This document shows, piece by piece, positions 18,881-28,464 of a stretch of DNA of 54,048 nucleotides. How positions within the stretch are numbered: position 1 is the stretch's first letter; the number at the start of each line of letters is the position of its first letter. The notes below the pieces were generated by a model that saw nothing but the letters and a program-made list of their open reading frames with translations, searched no databases and was not told where the DNA came from. The position numbers were made by a program, and so were the translations under genes. The DNA is from a virus (taxonomy: Duplodnaviria; Caudoviricetes), in IMG/VR virus record IMGVR_UViG_3300042864_000277, positions 1-54,048 of that record, one strand, 5' to 3'.

Positions 18881-19430
18881 AGAATTAACAATAGCCCTGG
18901 CCTCAGACCCATTTAATGTTCAAATTAATTTTGATCTAGCACAAGCCTACGATGCACAACAGCAATATGCATCTGCAGCTGGCTTTTATTTGAGGGCGGC
19001 AGAGTTTGGATACAAGACTCACCCTTTAATTACATATACATCATTACTTAAAATGGCTATATGTTGGACACATCAGGGCGATAGAAATAAAACGGTTCAT
19101 AATAATATCATGCAAGCAATAGCATATTTGCCAAATAGACCAGAGGCTTATTTTCTTTTATCAAGAATCAACGAACGCAATAAGATGTATCAAGACTGTT
19201 ACACATTTGCTGAAATGGGATTACTGTATGCCACACATACTTTCCACCAACCACTTCCAGGATATGTTGATTATAATGGCGCATACTGCCTAATGTTTGA
19301 AAAAGCGGTGTCAGGATGGTGGCTTGGCAAAAAGGAAGAAAGCAAGTCCTTGTTCCAGCATTTATTAGATGATCATAAAATGGCTCCAGAATATGTTTCT
19401 GGATGCCTTAACAATTTAAAGTTGTACTAA
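18870..19430 (+). CDS. TPR-repeat protein
   Basis: Likely start is ATG 18870. Helical repeats include AI..LP.RPEAYFLLS. Confidence 0.65.
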   Translation: MAIRELTIALASDPFNVQINFDLAQAYDAQQQYASAAGFYLRAAEFGYKTHPLITYTSLLKMAICWTHQGDRNKTVHNNIMQAIAYLPNRPEAYFLLSRINERNKMYQDCYTFAEMGLLYATHTFHQPLPGYVDYNGAYCLMFEKAVSGWWLGKKEESKSLFQHLLDDHKMAPEYVSGCLNNLKLY

Positions 19431-19431
19431 T

Positions 19432-19962
19432 ATGTTTCCTAATTGGTTTAAAGATGTAGAGAAGTATTTCCGTCATGTGCCAAATGAGCCACTTCGTGCT
19501 TTGCAAATTGGCACATACACTGGAGATGCTACAGAATGGCTATTAAATAATAGAGAGTTAGAGTATCTGCATGATGTTGATACATGGGGCGGAAGCGAAG
19601 AAATTGCTCATGAATCATTAGATTTTAATTCAGTAGAAAACTATTATGATTCAAGATTTAGCGATACTCGTATTCATAAGTATAAGATGACAAGCGACGA
19701 GTACTTTGCCTCAAATAAATCACAGTTTAATTTTATATACATTGATGGAGACCACACAGCACTGCAGACATCATTAGATGGATTGAATGCATTTAGATTA
19801 CTTGAATCAGGCGGTGTAATGGCTTTTGATGATTACCTATGGAACTATAACGGCAACCGCTTCTTAGAACCCAAGAGAGGCGTTGACGGCTTCCTAGAGG
19901 TATGTAAGGATCAGTACACAGTCATAGAGTCTGGATATCAAATGTGGATTAAGAAATGTTAG
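19432..19962 (+). CDS. Class I SAM-dependent methyltransferase (Methyltransf_24-like)
   Basis: LQIGTYTGDA, VDTW, FIYIDGDH and L..GGVMAFDDY motifs. Confidence 0.85.
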   Translation: MFPNWFKDVEKYFRHVPNEPLRALQIGTYTGDATEWLLNNRELEYLHDVDTWGGSEEIAHESLDFNSVENYYDSRFSDTRIHKYKMTSDEYFASNKSQFNFIYIDGDHTALQTSLDGLNAFRLLESGGVMAFDDYLWNYNGNRFLEPKRGVDGFLEVCKDQYTVIESGYQMWIKKC

Positions 19963-20699
19963 CAAACTCATGCTTTGAAATATTTCATACAGACAGCGGA
20001 AATAAATTTAGAAATCAGTCTTATGACAATGTTTTAAGTGAAATGGCGGGAATACCAAGATTAACCTCACCTACAATATACTTGAATACAGTAGAAAAAG
20101 TAAATCAATTTTTAACCGATACACCTAAATTTAAGGTAAATACTGTAGAAGATTATTGCCAACCAGGAGAAACATTTCCACCTAGCTCTGGAGTAATTGG
20201 TGTATGGGCAAGCAACTATATTGCATATAAAAACTTTCTAGAAACAGACAAAGATATACTTATTTTGTTTGAAGACGATATCGTTCTTAGTAAAAATTTT
20301 GCATATATACTAAATTCATATTTAATGGAGTTGCCAGAAGATTGGGAATACTTCTCCCCGTTTGTCCCAGATGACTCACTATTTGCTTATAATGAAATAA
20401 AGCATTCTTTTAATAGTGACTACCGTACTTGCCGCTCTTATCAGCAATGGTCATGCGCCACATATGTGGTCAACAGGGCGGGAGCTAAAAAGGCTATAGA
20501 AAATATAGAGTCTGTGGGAATAACAGCCCCTATTGATTGGTACATATTTAATTTTAGAATGAAGCAAGAAGACAGTCAAATTAGGTTTAACACCTATACA
20601 ATTAAGCCAAATTCATATAGGCCAGTCAAGCTTTTATTGGAAGCCGCAGCCTATAGCTCAATTCATAAAGGAAGCACTGAGGAGCTTAATAGACTATGA
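19956..20699 (+). CDS. Glycosyltransferase family 25-like
   Basis: G.IG...S...AY, LILFEDD, LPEDWE, YVVNRAGAKK and PIDW match the GT25 motif pattern. Confidence 0.7.
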   Translation: MLANSCFEIFHTDSGNKFRNQSYDNVLSEMAGIPRLTSPTIYLNTVEKVNQFLTDTPKFKVNTVEDYCQPGETFPPSSGVIGVWASNYIAYKNFLETDKDILILFEDDIVLSKNFAYILNSYLMELPEDWEYFSPFVPDDSLFAYNEIKHSFNSDYRTCRSYQQWSCATYVVNRAGAKKAIENIESVGITAPIDWYIFNFRMKQEDSQIRFNTYTIKPNSYRPVKLLLEAAAYSSIHKGSTEELNRL

Positions 20700-20717
20700 C
20701 TCTTATAACATTTAAGG

Positions 20718-20726
20718 TGGTATAAT
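20718..20726 (+). promoter_or_regulatory. Extended -10 leaderless promoter
   Basis: TGGTATAAT, with ATG 20733 6 nt downstream. Confidence 0.6.
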
Positions 20727-20732
20727 TTTAAA

Positions 20733-21983
20733 ATGGGCTCAACGTCAAAGGGTTTTAGTTTTCCCGCTTATTCAGATCCGCCAGATATTCCTGCGGACAT
20801 TCAACTACTTGCACAAAATATTGATACATATCTAACAGCAAATCCAGGCGCACAAGGATCTGTTGGAACGCAGGGTTCTCAAGGCGTAGTTGGACCACAA
20901 GGAGTTCAGGGAACTCAAGGTGTTCAAGGAACAACTGGATCGCAAGGAACGCAAGGAACTACTGGAGCACAAGGAACTATTGGTGCACAAGGTGTTCAAG
21001 GGTCTGTTGGCGCACAAGGTGTTCAAGGATCTCTTGGTGCACAAGGTGTTCAAGGAGCTACTGGCCCACAAGGATTGATTGGAACACAGGGATCTTTAGG
21101 TACACAAGGATCTGCTGGAACGGGCGTAAATATTTTAGGTACGTATGCAACTTTGGGTGCATTACAATCTGCTCACCCAACAGGAACACTTGGCGATGGA
21201 TATTTAATTGGATTAAATCTTTATGTTTGGACTGGCTCCCAATGGACAGATTCTGGTCCAGTTCAAGGACCGCAAGGAACTACTGGCGTACAAGGAACTA
21301 CTGGTGCACAAGGTGCAGTTGGAACACAAGGCGCATTTGGAACACAGGGTTCAGTTGGTGCACAAGGAACTGATGGAGCACAAGGAAATACTGGCGCACA
21401 AGGAACTACTGGTGCACAAGGTGCAGTTGGAACACAAGGCGCAGTTGGAACACAGGGTTCAGTTGGTGCACAAGGAACTGATGGCACACAAGGAACTACT
21501 GGAGCACAAGGAACTACTGGCGCACAAGGCACAGTTGGAACACAAGGAACTTTAGGCGCAACTGGAACAATACAGACTAACTCGGCGGTAGTTGGATTAA
21601 TTGAAACAGCGAATGTAGTTGCAGCAGCAACATCATCTACCATAAATATGGATGTCACAACTTCAAGCGTTTGGTATTATACAACAGGTTCAACAAGTGC
21701 ATTTACTTTAAATGTTAGGGGAAGCTCAGGAACAACTCTTAATTCATTATTATCTACTGGACAATCAATTACCGTTGCATTTTTAAATACAACTGGAGCC
21801 TCAACAGCATCTTATCCATCAACATTTCAAATTGATGGGTCTACTCAAGGTAGCATAAAGTGGTTAAATGGAACGGCACCAACAGTTGGCAATGCCTCAT
21901 CAATAGACTCTTATATATATACAATACTTAAAACAGCATCTGCAACATATACTGTATTCGGATCACAAACTAAATACGCATAG
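20733..21983 (+). CDS. Collagen-like fibre protein
   Basis: Two G-X-Y tracts flank a small G.L.D.Y.I...LYVW.G..W module. The C-terminal beta domain has IKW..G.AP...D.Y.Y.I.KT. Confidence 0.8.
   Translation: MGSTSKGFSFPAYSDPPDIPADIQLLAQNIDTYLTANPGAQGSVGTQGSQGVVGPQGVQGTQGVQGTTGSQGTQGTTGAQGTIGAQGVQGSVGAQGVQGSLGAQGVQGATGPQGLIGTQGSLGTQGSAGTGVNILGTYATLGALQSAHPTGTLGDGYLIGLNLYVWTGSQWTDSGPVQGPQGTTGVQGTTGAQGAVGTQGAFGTQGSVGAQGTDGAQGNTGAQGTTGAQGAVGTQGAVGTQGSVGAQGTDGTQGTTGAQGTTGAQGTVGTQGTLGATGTIQTNSAVVGLIETANVVAAATSSTINMDVTTSSVWYYTTGSTSAFTLNVRGSSGTTLNSLLSTGQSITVAFLNTTGASTASYPSTFQIDGSTQGSIKWLNGTAPTVGNASSIDSYIYTILKTASATYTVFGSQTKYA
21294..21490 (+). repeat. Near-identical duplication with a 108-nt period in the collagen tract
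   Basis: The unit ggaactactggtgcacaaggtgcagttggaacacaaggcgca... begins at 21294 and again at 21402. Confidence 0.75.
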
Positions 21984-21997
21984 GGGGCGGAAGATAA

Positions 21998-23194
21998 ATG
22001 CCATTATTCCAATCGCTAGCTAGTTTATCTGCAAGAGGCTTAGTAAAGGTGGGAGCAAGTAAACCATTAGCTCCATCAATTACTTCTGTATCAACAATAA
22101 ATTCTACTTCAATAACATTAAACTACACACTTGGAAATGCTAATGGGTCTCCAATTACAACAATTGCAATTACATCATCTCCTTCAATAGCTCTTACTTA
22201 TACAAATACAGATCTAGATGGATCTCTAACAGTTTCTGGTACATTTGCAGCAAACCAGGCATATACATTTACAATGACTTCAACAAATGCATTTGGCACA
22301 AGTGATTCAAGCTCTTCATCAAGCTCATTAACCCCGCTTCTTGCAGCCACAGTAACTGGTGGAACACTATCTTCAGACGCAACACATTATTATAGAACAT
22401 TTACAAGCAGTAGCAACTTTGTTGTTTCGTCTGTTGCTGTAGATATTGAATATTTAGTTATAGCAGCTGGAGGTAGTGGTGGTTCAGGATTTGGTGGAGG
22501 AGGTGGCGCTGGAGGTGTAGCAACAGGCTCACAGTCTGCAGTTCTTGGAACATTAGTGGTTACTGTTGGAACTGGCGCACTTTCTTCTAATGATCAAGGA
22601 CTAAACGGTGGAGCATCATCCCTCGGTAATAATGTTAGTACAACTGGTGGAGGTGGAGGAGGAAGTCCAACAACAACACCAACTGAAGCAGGAAAAGCAG
22701 GTGGATCAGGCGGAGGCGGCGGTAGTAGCGGTTTTGTTGGATACAATAATGGTGGAACAGGAATTACTGGTCAAGGAAAAGCTGGAGGAAGAGGTTATAG
22801 AGCAAGTACACCAGTTAATGGAGGTATTGGATCTGGAGGCGGAGGCGGATACTCTAACGTAGGCCAGGACGGACCAGCTGGAGGATTCCTTGGTTGGGGA
22901 GGAAATGGAATATCTTCATACTCTGCTTGGGCAACAGCAACATCTACTGGCGTAGACGGATGGTATGCTGGCGGAGGATCAGGTTCTGGAGGATATATGT
23001 CAGGGATTACATATAATGCCTCAGGAGGTTATGGGGGCGGAGGAAATACTACCTACAACGCTGGATTTTCTAATGGTGGAGCAAATGGCACTGGTTCTGG
23101 AGGAGCAGGTGTAGCATTTTATGGAAACCCTTCTGGTGCAGGCGGTAACGGTATAGTAATTGTTAGATATCTTAAATCTGCGGTAGGTGGATAA
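21998..23194 (+). CDS. FN3 plus glycine-rich fibre tip protein
   Basis: FN3-like repeat, YYRTFTSS, IEYLVIAAGG and C-terminal GGNGIVIVRY. Confidence 0.7.
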   Translation: MPLFQSLASLSARGLVKVGASKPLAPSITSVSTINSTSITLNYTLGNANGSPITTIAITSSPSIALTYTNTDLDGSLTVSGTFAANQAYTFTMTSTNAFGTSDSSSSSSSLTPLLAATVTGGTLSSDATHYYRTFTSSSNFVVSSVAVDIEYLVIAAGGSGGSGFGGGGGAGGVATGSQSAVLGTLVVTVGTGALSSNDQGLNGGASSLGNNVSTTGGGGGGSPTTTPTEAGKAGGSGGGGGSSGFVGYNNGGTGITGQGKAGGRGYRASTPVNGGIGSGGGGGYSNVGQDGPAGGFLGWGGNGISSYSAWATATSTGVDGWYAGGGSGSGGYMSGITYNASGGYGGGGNTTYNAGFSNGGANGTGSGGAGVAFYGNPSGAGGNGIVIVRYLKSAVGG

Positions 23195-25068
23195 TGTCAT
23201 ATAAATCTATAGTTCTTTCTGACTATCCTATTGGATATTATCCATTAGATGATATAACAACAGTTGATGTTGCAAACTATACAGCTCTTGAAAGTTCATA
23301 TGCCACATATCAAGCAATTTTAGATGATACCCTTATAACTTCTTATGCAAGTATTTATGGAGACATTGCATATGATCACTCTGGATGTGAAAATGATGCA
23401 GTATATGGCGGGGATCCAATAACTGAAATTCTTCCAATAACAATTGGTAATTCAAGAGCAACAAAGATAGGTAATGCAAACTCTATACAGTATTCATTTT
23501 TAAAAGATTATACAGCTTCTGCAACTTCCAGCCAATTTGCAACAATATACTCTTCAGATAATGATTTTACCCTTGAAGCCTGGATACATCCAGTTTTTAC
23601 TACAAATGGATTAACAAGCATTCTAGCAGATGCAGATGAGGCTATTGGGATATTTTATGATAATGAAAATATTGTTTTTAAAGTACAGGCCGAATATGTA
23701 GAACATACTCTACCTTATACAGATAAGGTTATTCATATTGTGGGCATATATAGCCCCACACTGCTATCTCTTTACATAGATGGGGTTTTAGTAAATACAT
23801 CTACAATTTCTAATTTTCAATTTAGCAACACTTCCCTTGAATTATCAAGTGGCCCAACAACAGATGCAGGAGACTCCTTCTTAATAAACAGCGTTGCTGT
23901 ATACAGATATAGCCTATCTCAATCTCAGATTCAAAATCATTATAATCAAAATATAGGCCCTGCCCCAATTCAAATTGTAGATCCAGACAACGGTGAGCTA
24001 TTTGAGTTATATGACGAAAATATCTCAACACAATTTATTTATTCATACCCTGGAAACAAATCATGGGATTACTTCATTACTGATGATTTATATTATAGTG
24101 ATGCAGAACAATCCCTGTCTATTAAAAAATCAACTGGTTCTAAAACAGTTGTGCTTACAGATTATATTTCTTTACCCTATGCCGCCGTTTTAGATTCTTC
24201 AAAGATTGAGTGGGACGGAACAAGTGGAATAACAGTAGAAGTTTCAGTAGATGGTACAACATATCAAGCATGTCAAAATGGACAAAAGATTCCACAATTT
24301 ACAATTGCAAGCTTTAATGGCAACAAGCAAATCTATTTAAAGATAACTTTGGCAACAACAGATAGCAGCAAATATTTGCCTAAGATATCTACCCTTCAAA
24401 TTAAATTCTATAATAATCAAATTGCATATGCTTCAAATAGCTCTAGCTATATTTCTACATTAGAGGGACTTGCTGGAGTCTCAGTATATGATATAACAAT
24501 TGGAAATAACAAGCATCCAATTCTTTCAAGAAATGCCAGAAACGGAATAAGAACAATTCAAAGCTCTGGATTTTATATCAATACAACCTCCTCAGTTAGC
24601 ACATTAGAATTTTTCTATACCCCATATGCATTGACAGTCAGCGGGCTAATATCAACAGCATCTAGTGGATCATATGCTGCCTCAAATTATTCATGGAGCA
24701 ACGTGGGAACTATAAGCAAAACCAACATATCTGCAATATATGTAAACAACGTAAATAAGTCGGCAGAAACAGATGTTGCAAATATATTTAAATTGGGACA
24801 AATGCACCACGTTGTAATTGTTTTTACTGCTGCAGTTAGCGGGCAAATAAAAATTGCACATTCTTCATCTGGCTCAGTTCCTGCCTTATTTCAAAATTTA
24901 GCTCTATATCCAAGCCAATTTACATTGTCAAAAGCATCTGAGCACCATGACCTGTATGTATATGGATCGACTTCTACGGTAGCGGATGATAATTCTCCGT
25001 CCATAACCGTGACAGAAAACTCTGTAGACTACTATGATAATGACTGGGTTGTAATCCAAAACACATAA
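23194..25068 (+). CDS. Concanavalin A/LamG-like domain virion protein
   Basis: PIGYYPLDD, FTLEAWI, HIVGIY...LYIDG and VAVYRYSLS; a second HHVVIVF motif near the C-terminus. Confidence 0.7.
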   Translation: MSYKSIVLSDYPIGYYPLDDITTVDVANYTALESSYATYQAILDDTLITSYASIYGDIAYDHSGCENDAVYGGDPITEILPITIGNSRATKIGNANSIQYSFLKDYTASATSSQFATIYSSDNDFTLEAWIHPVFTTNGLTSILADADEAIGIFYDNENIVFKVQAEYVEHTLPYTDKVIHIVGIYSPTLLSLYIDGVLVNTSTISNFQFSNTSLELSSGPTTDAGDSFLINSVAVYRYSLSQSQIQNHYNQNIGPAPIQIVDPDNGELFELYDENISTQFIYSYPGNKSWDYFITDDLYYSDAEQSLSIKKSTGSKTVVLTDYISLPYAAVLDSSKIEWDGTSGITVEVSVDGTTYQACQNGQKIPQFTIASFNGNKQIYLKITLATTDSSKYLPKISTLQIKFYNNQIAYASNSSSYISTLEGLAGVSVYDITIGNNKHPILSRNARNGIRTIQSSGFYINTTSSVSTLEFFYTPYALTVSGLISTASSGSYAASNYSWSNVGTISKTNISAIYVNNVNKSAETDVANIFKLGQMHHVVIVFTAAVSGQIKIAHSSSGSVPALFQNLALYPSQFTLSKASEHHDLYVYGSTSTVADDNSPSITVTENSVDYYDNDWVVIQNT

Positions 25069-25094
25069 TTTTGTCATTTAGCCTGACAAAAAGC

Positions 25095-25123
25095 TGGACT
25101 TTGATACCAAAGAATGGTAAAAT
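25095..25123 (+). promoter_or_regulatory. Sigma70-type promoter (leaderless or nearly so)
   Basis: TGGACT-17 nt-TAAAAT with an extended TG; ATG 25132 8 nt downstream. Confidence 0.55.
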
Positions 25124-25131
25124 AAAATACT

Positions 25132-25494
25132 ATGGAGATTAAAAAGGTCAATCAGACAGTAATTGAGGAAACCACGCTTGGAATCTATGTGTGGGAAATG
25201 CCAGACGGAAGATGGATTGGCGACGATGAGGGTAATTACTTATCAATAGCATCTCATAAAGGAAATAAGGCAAACATGGCGGCATTGGCATCAGAGGTGT
25301 CATCCTTTGGAATTGATGTTGGTCAGCCTAAATTTTTATCCAATAGACGTAAGATTGATGATGAACAGTTTGAGTATCAAAAGGCAAGGCTTGATCAAGG
25401 ATTAATTCCTGACCCATTTGATATTGGAAATTACAAAGATGAGCTAGCGGCTTATAATAAAAAGAATCCAACAATAGGTGGACCAGGGAGATAG
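25132..25494 (+). CDS. Hypothetical protein preceding the portal
   Basis: 120-aa ORF (G.YVW.MPDG.W.GD) with its own promoter. Confidence 0.65.
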   Translation: MEIKKVNQTVIEETTLGIYVWEMPDGRWIGDDEGNYLSIASHKGNKANMAALASEVSSFGIDVGQPKFLSNRRKIDDEQFEYQKARLDQGLIPDPFDIGNYKDELAAYNKKNPTIGGPGR

Positions 25495-25496
25495 TC

Positions 25497-27080
25497 ATGG
25501 AGTTTATTGAAGATAACGATTTAGAGTCAACAGATAGAATTCAAATTTCTTCTGCCTCTGATTTATTTCAATTAAAGAAAGAAAAAGATCATTCAGATCC
25601 CTTTATGATTGAAGAGGATGACTTAAGAAAAATATCTGGACTAAGCTCCACTTTCCGCCGTAAGATGGGAAGAGAGTTCTCTAAAGCGTTTGCAGGCAGA
25701 GAAGGAACTGGAACTCAGCAAAACTTATTACAGCAGGCGGTTACTGGCTATGCAATGTTTGACCTTGTGGAGCCACCATATAACCAAGAGTACCTTTCAA
25801 GAATTTATGAAATCTCAACTTATAACTACGCAGCAATTAATGCGAAGGTAGCAAACATTGTTGGACTAGGTTATGATTTTTCTGAGACAAGAAAAACTAA
25901 CGACGCATTCGATTCTATTACAGACGACAAGCAATTAGAAAGAGCCCGCAGAAAGCTTAATAAATTAAAGCAAGACTTACAGCTGTGGCTTGATTCAACA
26001 AACGATGAAGATACTTTTACACAAACACTTATTAAGGTTTACACAGACTTAGAAGCAACTGGCAACGGCTACCTTGAAATCAGCAGAACAACTTCAGGCA
26101 ACATAGGATACATTGGACACATCCCAGCAAAGACAATGAGAGTACGTAGATTAAGAGACGGCTTTATTCAATTGCTTTACGGCAAGGCTGTTTACTTTAG
26201 AAACTTCGGAGACGTAGATACCGAGAGCCCAATCGCAGGCGGAGAAGACAGACCAAACGAAGTTATTCATTTAAAGAAATATACTCCAACAAATAACTAT
26301 TATGGAATACCAGACATTATTGCAGCACAGAACGCATTGGCTGGAAATGAATTTGCTGGTAAATATAACCTAGACTACTTTGAAAATAAGGCGGTCCCAA
26401 GATATATTATTACAGTAAAGGGGGCAAAGCTATCCCCAGAATCAGAAAGAAAATTGCTTGAATTTTTCCAGGTAGGCTTAAGAGGAAAAAATCACAGATC
26501 TTTATATATTCCTCTTCCAGCAGATAGCCCAGACTCAAAGGTTGAATTTAAGATGGAGCCAATTGAGGCTGGCACACAAGAATCTTCATTTAATCTTTAT
26601 CGCAAAGCAAATAGAGATGAAATTCTTTTGGCTCACCGTGTACCAATTAATAAAATTGGAACCCCAGAGGGTGTAAATTTAGCGGTGGCAAGAGATGCTG
26701 ATAAGACATTTAAAGAGCAAGTTTGTCGTCCAGCACAAATGACATTAGAGAAGAAATTAAATAAAATTATTGAAGAAAAGACAGATGCTCTTTCTCTTAA
26801 ATTCAATGAATTAACTCTTACAGATGAGGATACTCAATCTAAGATTGATGAAAGATATTTAAGAATGCAGGTAATTACTCCAAATGAAGTCCGTATTAGA
26901 AAGGGCATGATTCCTTTGGACGGCGGAGATGATATGGTTGAATTAAAGCCACAACAGCAGGCTGAAATTAGAGCACAGGCTAATAATACTCGTGTCAGAG
27001 ATCAACAAAGACAGGGTAATTCACCAGACATTTCAGGTGAAGGAAGAAATGCTCAGGGCGACGGAAGACAGGTTGAATAA
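25497..27080 (+). CDS. Phage portal protein
   Basis: D.EATGNGYLEI.R, EVIHLK.Y....YYG.P, YF.N.A.P, I..AHRVP..IG and TPNEVR...G..P..GGD motifs; position before protease and capsid. Confidence 0.9.
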   Translation: MEFIEDNDLESTDRIQISSASDLFQLKKEKDHSDPFMIEEDDLRKISGLSSTFRRKMGREFSKAFAGREGTGTQQNLLQQAVTGYAMFDLVEPPYNQEYLSRIYEISTYNYAAINAKVANIVGLGYDFSETRKTNDAFDSITDDKQLERARRKLNKLKQDLQLWLDSTNDEDTFTQTLIKVYTDLEATGNGYLEISRTTSGNIGYIGHIPAKTMRVRRLRDGFIQLLYGKAVYFRNFGDVDTESPIAGGEDRPNEVIHLKKYTPTNNYYGIPDIIAAQNALAGNEFAGKYNLDYFENKAVPRYIITVKGAKLSPESERKLLEFFQVGLRGKNHRSLYIPLPADSPDSKVEFKMEPIEAGTQESSFNLYRKANRDEILLAHRVPINKIGTPEGVNLAVARDADKTFKEQVCRPAQMTLEKKLNKIIEEKTDALSLKFNELTLTDEDTQSKIDERYLRMQVITPNEVRIRKGMIPLDGGDDMVELKPQQQAEIRAQANNTRVRDQQRQGNSPDISGEGRNAQGDGRQVE

Positions 27081-27097
27081 CTTTACTCAACCACTAT

Positions 27098-27126
27098 TTG
27101 CCTTTTTATCTACAAATAGATAAAAT
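27098..27126 (+). promoter_or_regulatory. Leaderless promoter of the head operon
   Basis: TTGCCT-17 nt-TAAAAT, with ATG 27134 7 nt downstream. Confidence 0.65.
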
Positions 27127-27133
27127 TAAGCAT

Positions 27134-28444
27134 ATGAACATTGAAAAATCTAACTGGTCTTCAAATGGAAATAACCTCCATCTATCAGTCCCCTTCACAA
27201 AAGTAAATCGTGAGAAGAGAACTGTTTCAGGTTTTGCAACACTAGACAATATTGATCAAACTGGCGATGTAGTTACAGCAGAGGCCAGCATGAAAGCATT
27301 TGAAAGATTCCGTGGAAATCTAAGAGAAATGCATCAGCCACTTGCAGTTGGCAAGGTTGTATCATTTAAGCCAGAAACTTTCTATGACCCAATTTCAAAA
27401 GCTTTCTATAACGGTGTTTATGTTACATCTTATATTTCAAAAGGCGCACAAGACACATGGGAAAAGGTTTTAGATGGCACCCTAGCAGGATTTTCAATCG
27501 GCGGAAAAATTTTAGAATCAGACAACGAAGTTAACAAGTCAAATGGTGAGACAGTTCGTTTCATTAAAGACTATGAACTAGTTGAACTTTCAATTGTAGA
27601 TTCACCAGCAAATGAACTGTGCAACATCTTATCAATTGAGAAGATGAACGGACAGATGATATTTAAAGGTATGGCGGCAGATGTAGTTACAGAAAATATT
27701 TTCTATTGCGAAGAAAGTAACTCTGTTTTTGTATCAACAGACAAGACATTAGATTCACCAATTTCTGGTAAGCCAGCAACTTTAATCGGTTGGGTAGAAT
27801 CATCAGATGTAAACAAGTCAAAAGAGATAGATAGAATTCTTGATTTATACAAGTCAAGATCCACGTTGCCTGAAACACAAACAATTGCAAAACAGGCAAA
27901 CGCAGAAGGAGGTAATGAAGTGTCAGAAAATACAGAAAACACTACAGTTGAAGAGACTGTTGTTGAAGAAGCACCTGTTGTTGAAGAAACACCAGCTGCT
28001 GAAGAAGCTCCTGCAGAAGATGCAGTAGCAGACGCTTCTGCTGAAACTCTGGAAAAAGCAGCCGACGTATCAGAAGTTGAGGTTGATGAACCTGATTTTG
28101 CAAAGATGTTGGGCGATCTTAAAGGCTTTTTCTCAGAAACTCTAAGCAAGGCTACAGATGCAAATGCAGCGCAGGTTAAGACTGTTACAGAAACAGTTGA
28201 AACTTTCAGCAAGAGCATTGATGGCCGAATCACAGAGCTAGCAGAACAACACGCAGTCCTTTCAAAGGCTGTTGAAGATATCAGAAACACGATTGATGGC
28301 GTACAAAAGCGTGTCGATGCAGTAGAAGGTGAGACTGCAATTAAGAAGTCCTCAGACCTTGGCGGGTCTCAGGAAGTAAGTACAATAAAGAAATCAAAAT
28401 GGAACGGTTCTTTCCTCGGTTCCGTAAACGAATTAATTAGATAA
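27134..28444 (+). CDS. Prohead protease with a C-terminal scaffold region
   Basis: Likely start is ATG 27134. V.GFAT...D..GD, REMH, GFSIGG and ELSIVDSPAN are HK97-type protease motifs. The C-terminus is acidic and coiled-coil-like. Confidence 0.85.
   Translation: MNIEKSNWSSNGNNLHLSVPFTKVNREKRTVSGFATLDNIDQTGDVVTAEASMKAFERFRGNLREMHQPLAVGKVVSFKPETFYDPISKAFYNGVYVTSYISKGAQDTWEKVLDGTLAGFSIGGKILESDNEVNKSNGETVRFIKDYELVELSIVDSPANELCNILSIEKMNGQMIFKGMAADVVTENIFYCEESNSVFVSTDKTLDSPISGKPATLIGWVESSDVNKSKEIDRILDLYKSRSTLPETQTIAKQANAEGGNEVSENTENTTVEETVVEEAPVVEETPAAEEAPAEDAVADASAETLEKAADVSEVEVDEPDFAKMLGDLKGFFSETLSKATDANAAQVKTVTETVETFSKSIDGRITELAEQHAVLSKAVEDIRNTIDGVQKRVDAVEGETAIKKSSDLGGSQEVSTIKKSKWNGSFLGSVNELIR
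27920..28444 (+). CDS. Nested in-frame scaffolding protein (internal GTG start)
   Basis: GGAGGT at 27908-27913 lies 6 nt before the in-frame GTG 27920, at the start of the E/A/P-rich region. Confidence 0.6.
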   Translation: MSENTENTTVEETVVEEAPVVEETPAAEEAPAEDAVADASAETLEKAADVSEVEVDEPDFAKMLGDLKGFFSETLSKATDANAAQVKTVTETVETFSKSIDGRITELAEQHAVLSKAVEDIRNTIDGVQKRVDAVEGETAIKKSSDLGGSQEVSTIKKSKWNGSFLGSVNELIR

Positions 28445-28464
28445 ACAAAGGTAGGTGAAAATAT

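Noticed and set aside
27098-27133. TTG start and N-terminal extension of the protease in the ORF track
   Set aside because: The segment is the -35/-10 promoter. ATG 27134 is the better start. Similar over-extensions occur at 2263, 15088, 17245, 18843, 30910, 45854, 49950 and 52306.
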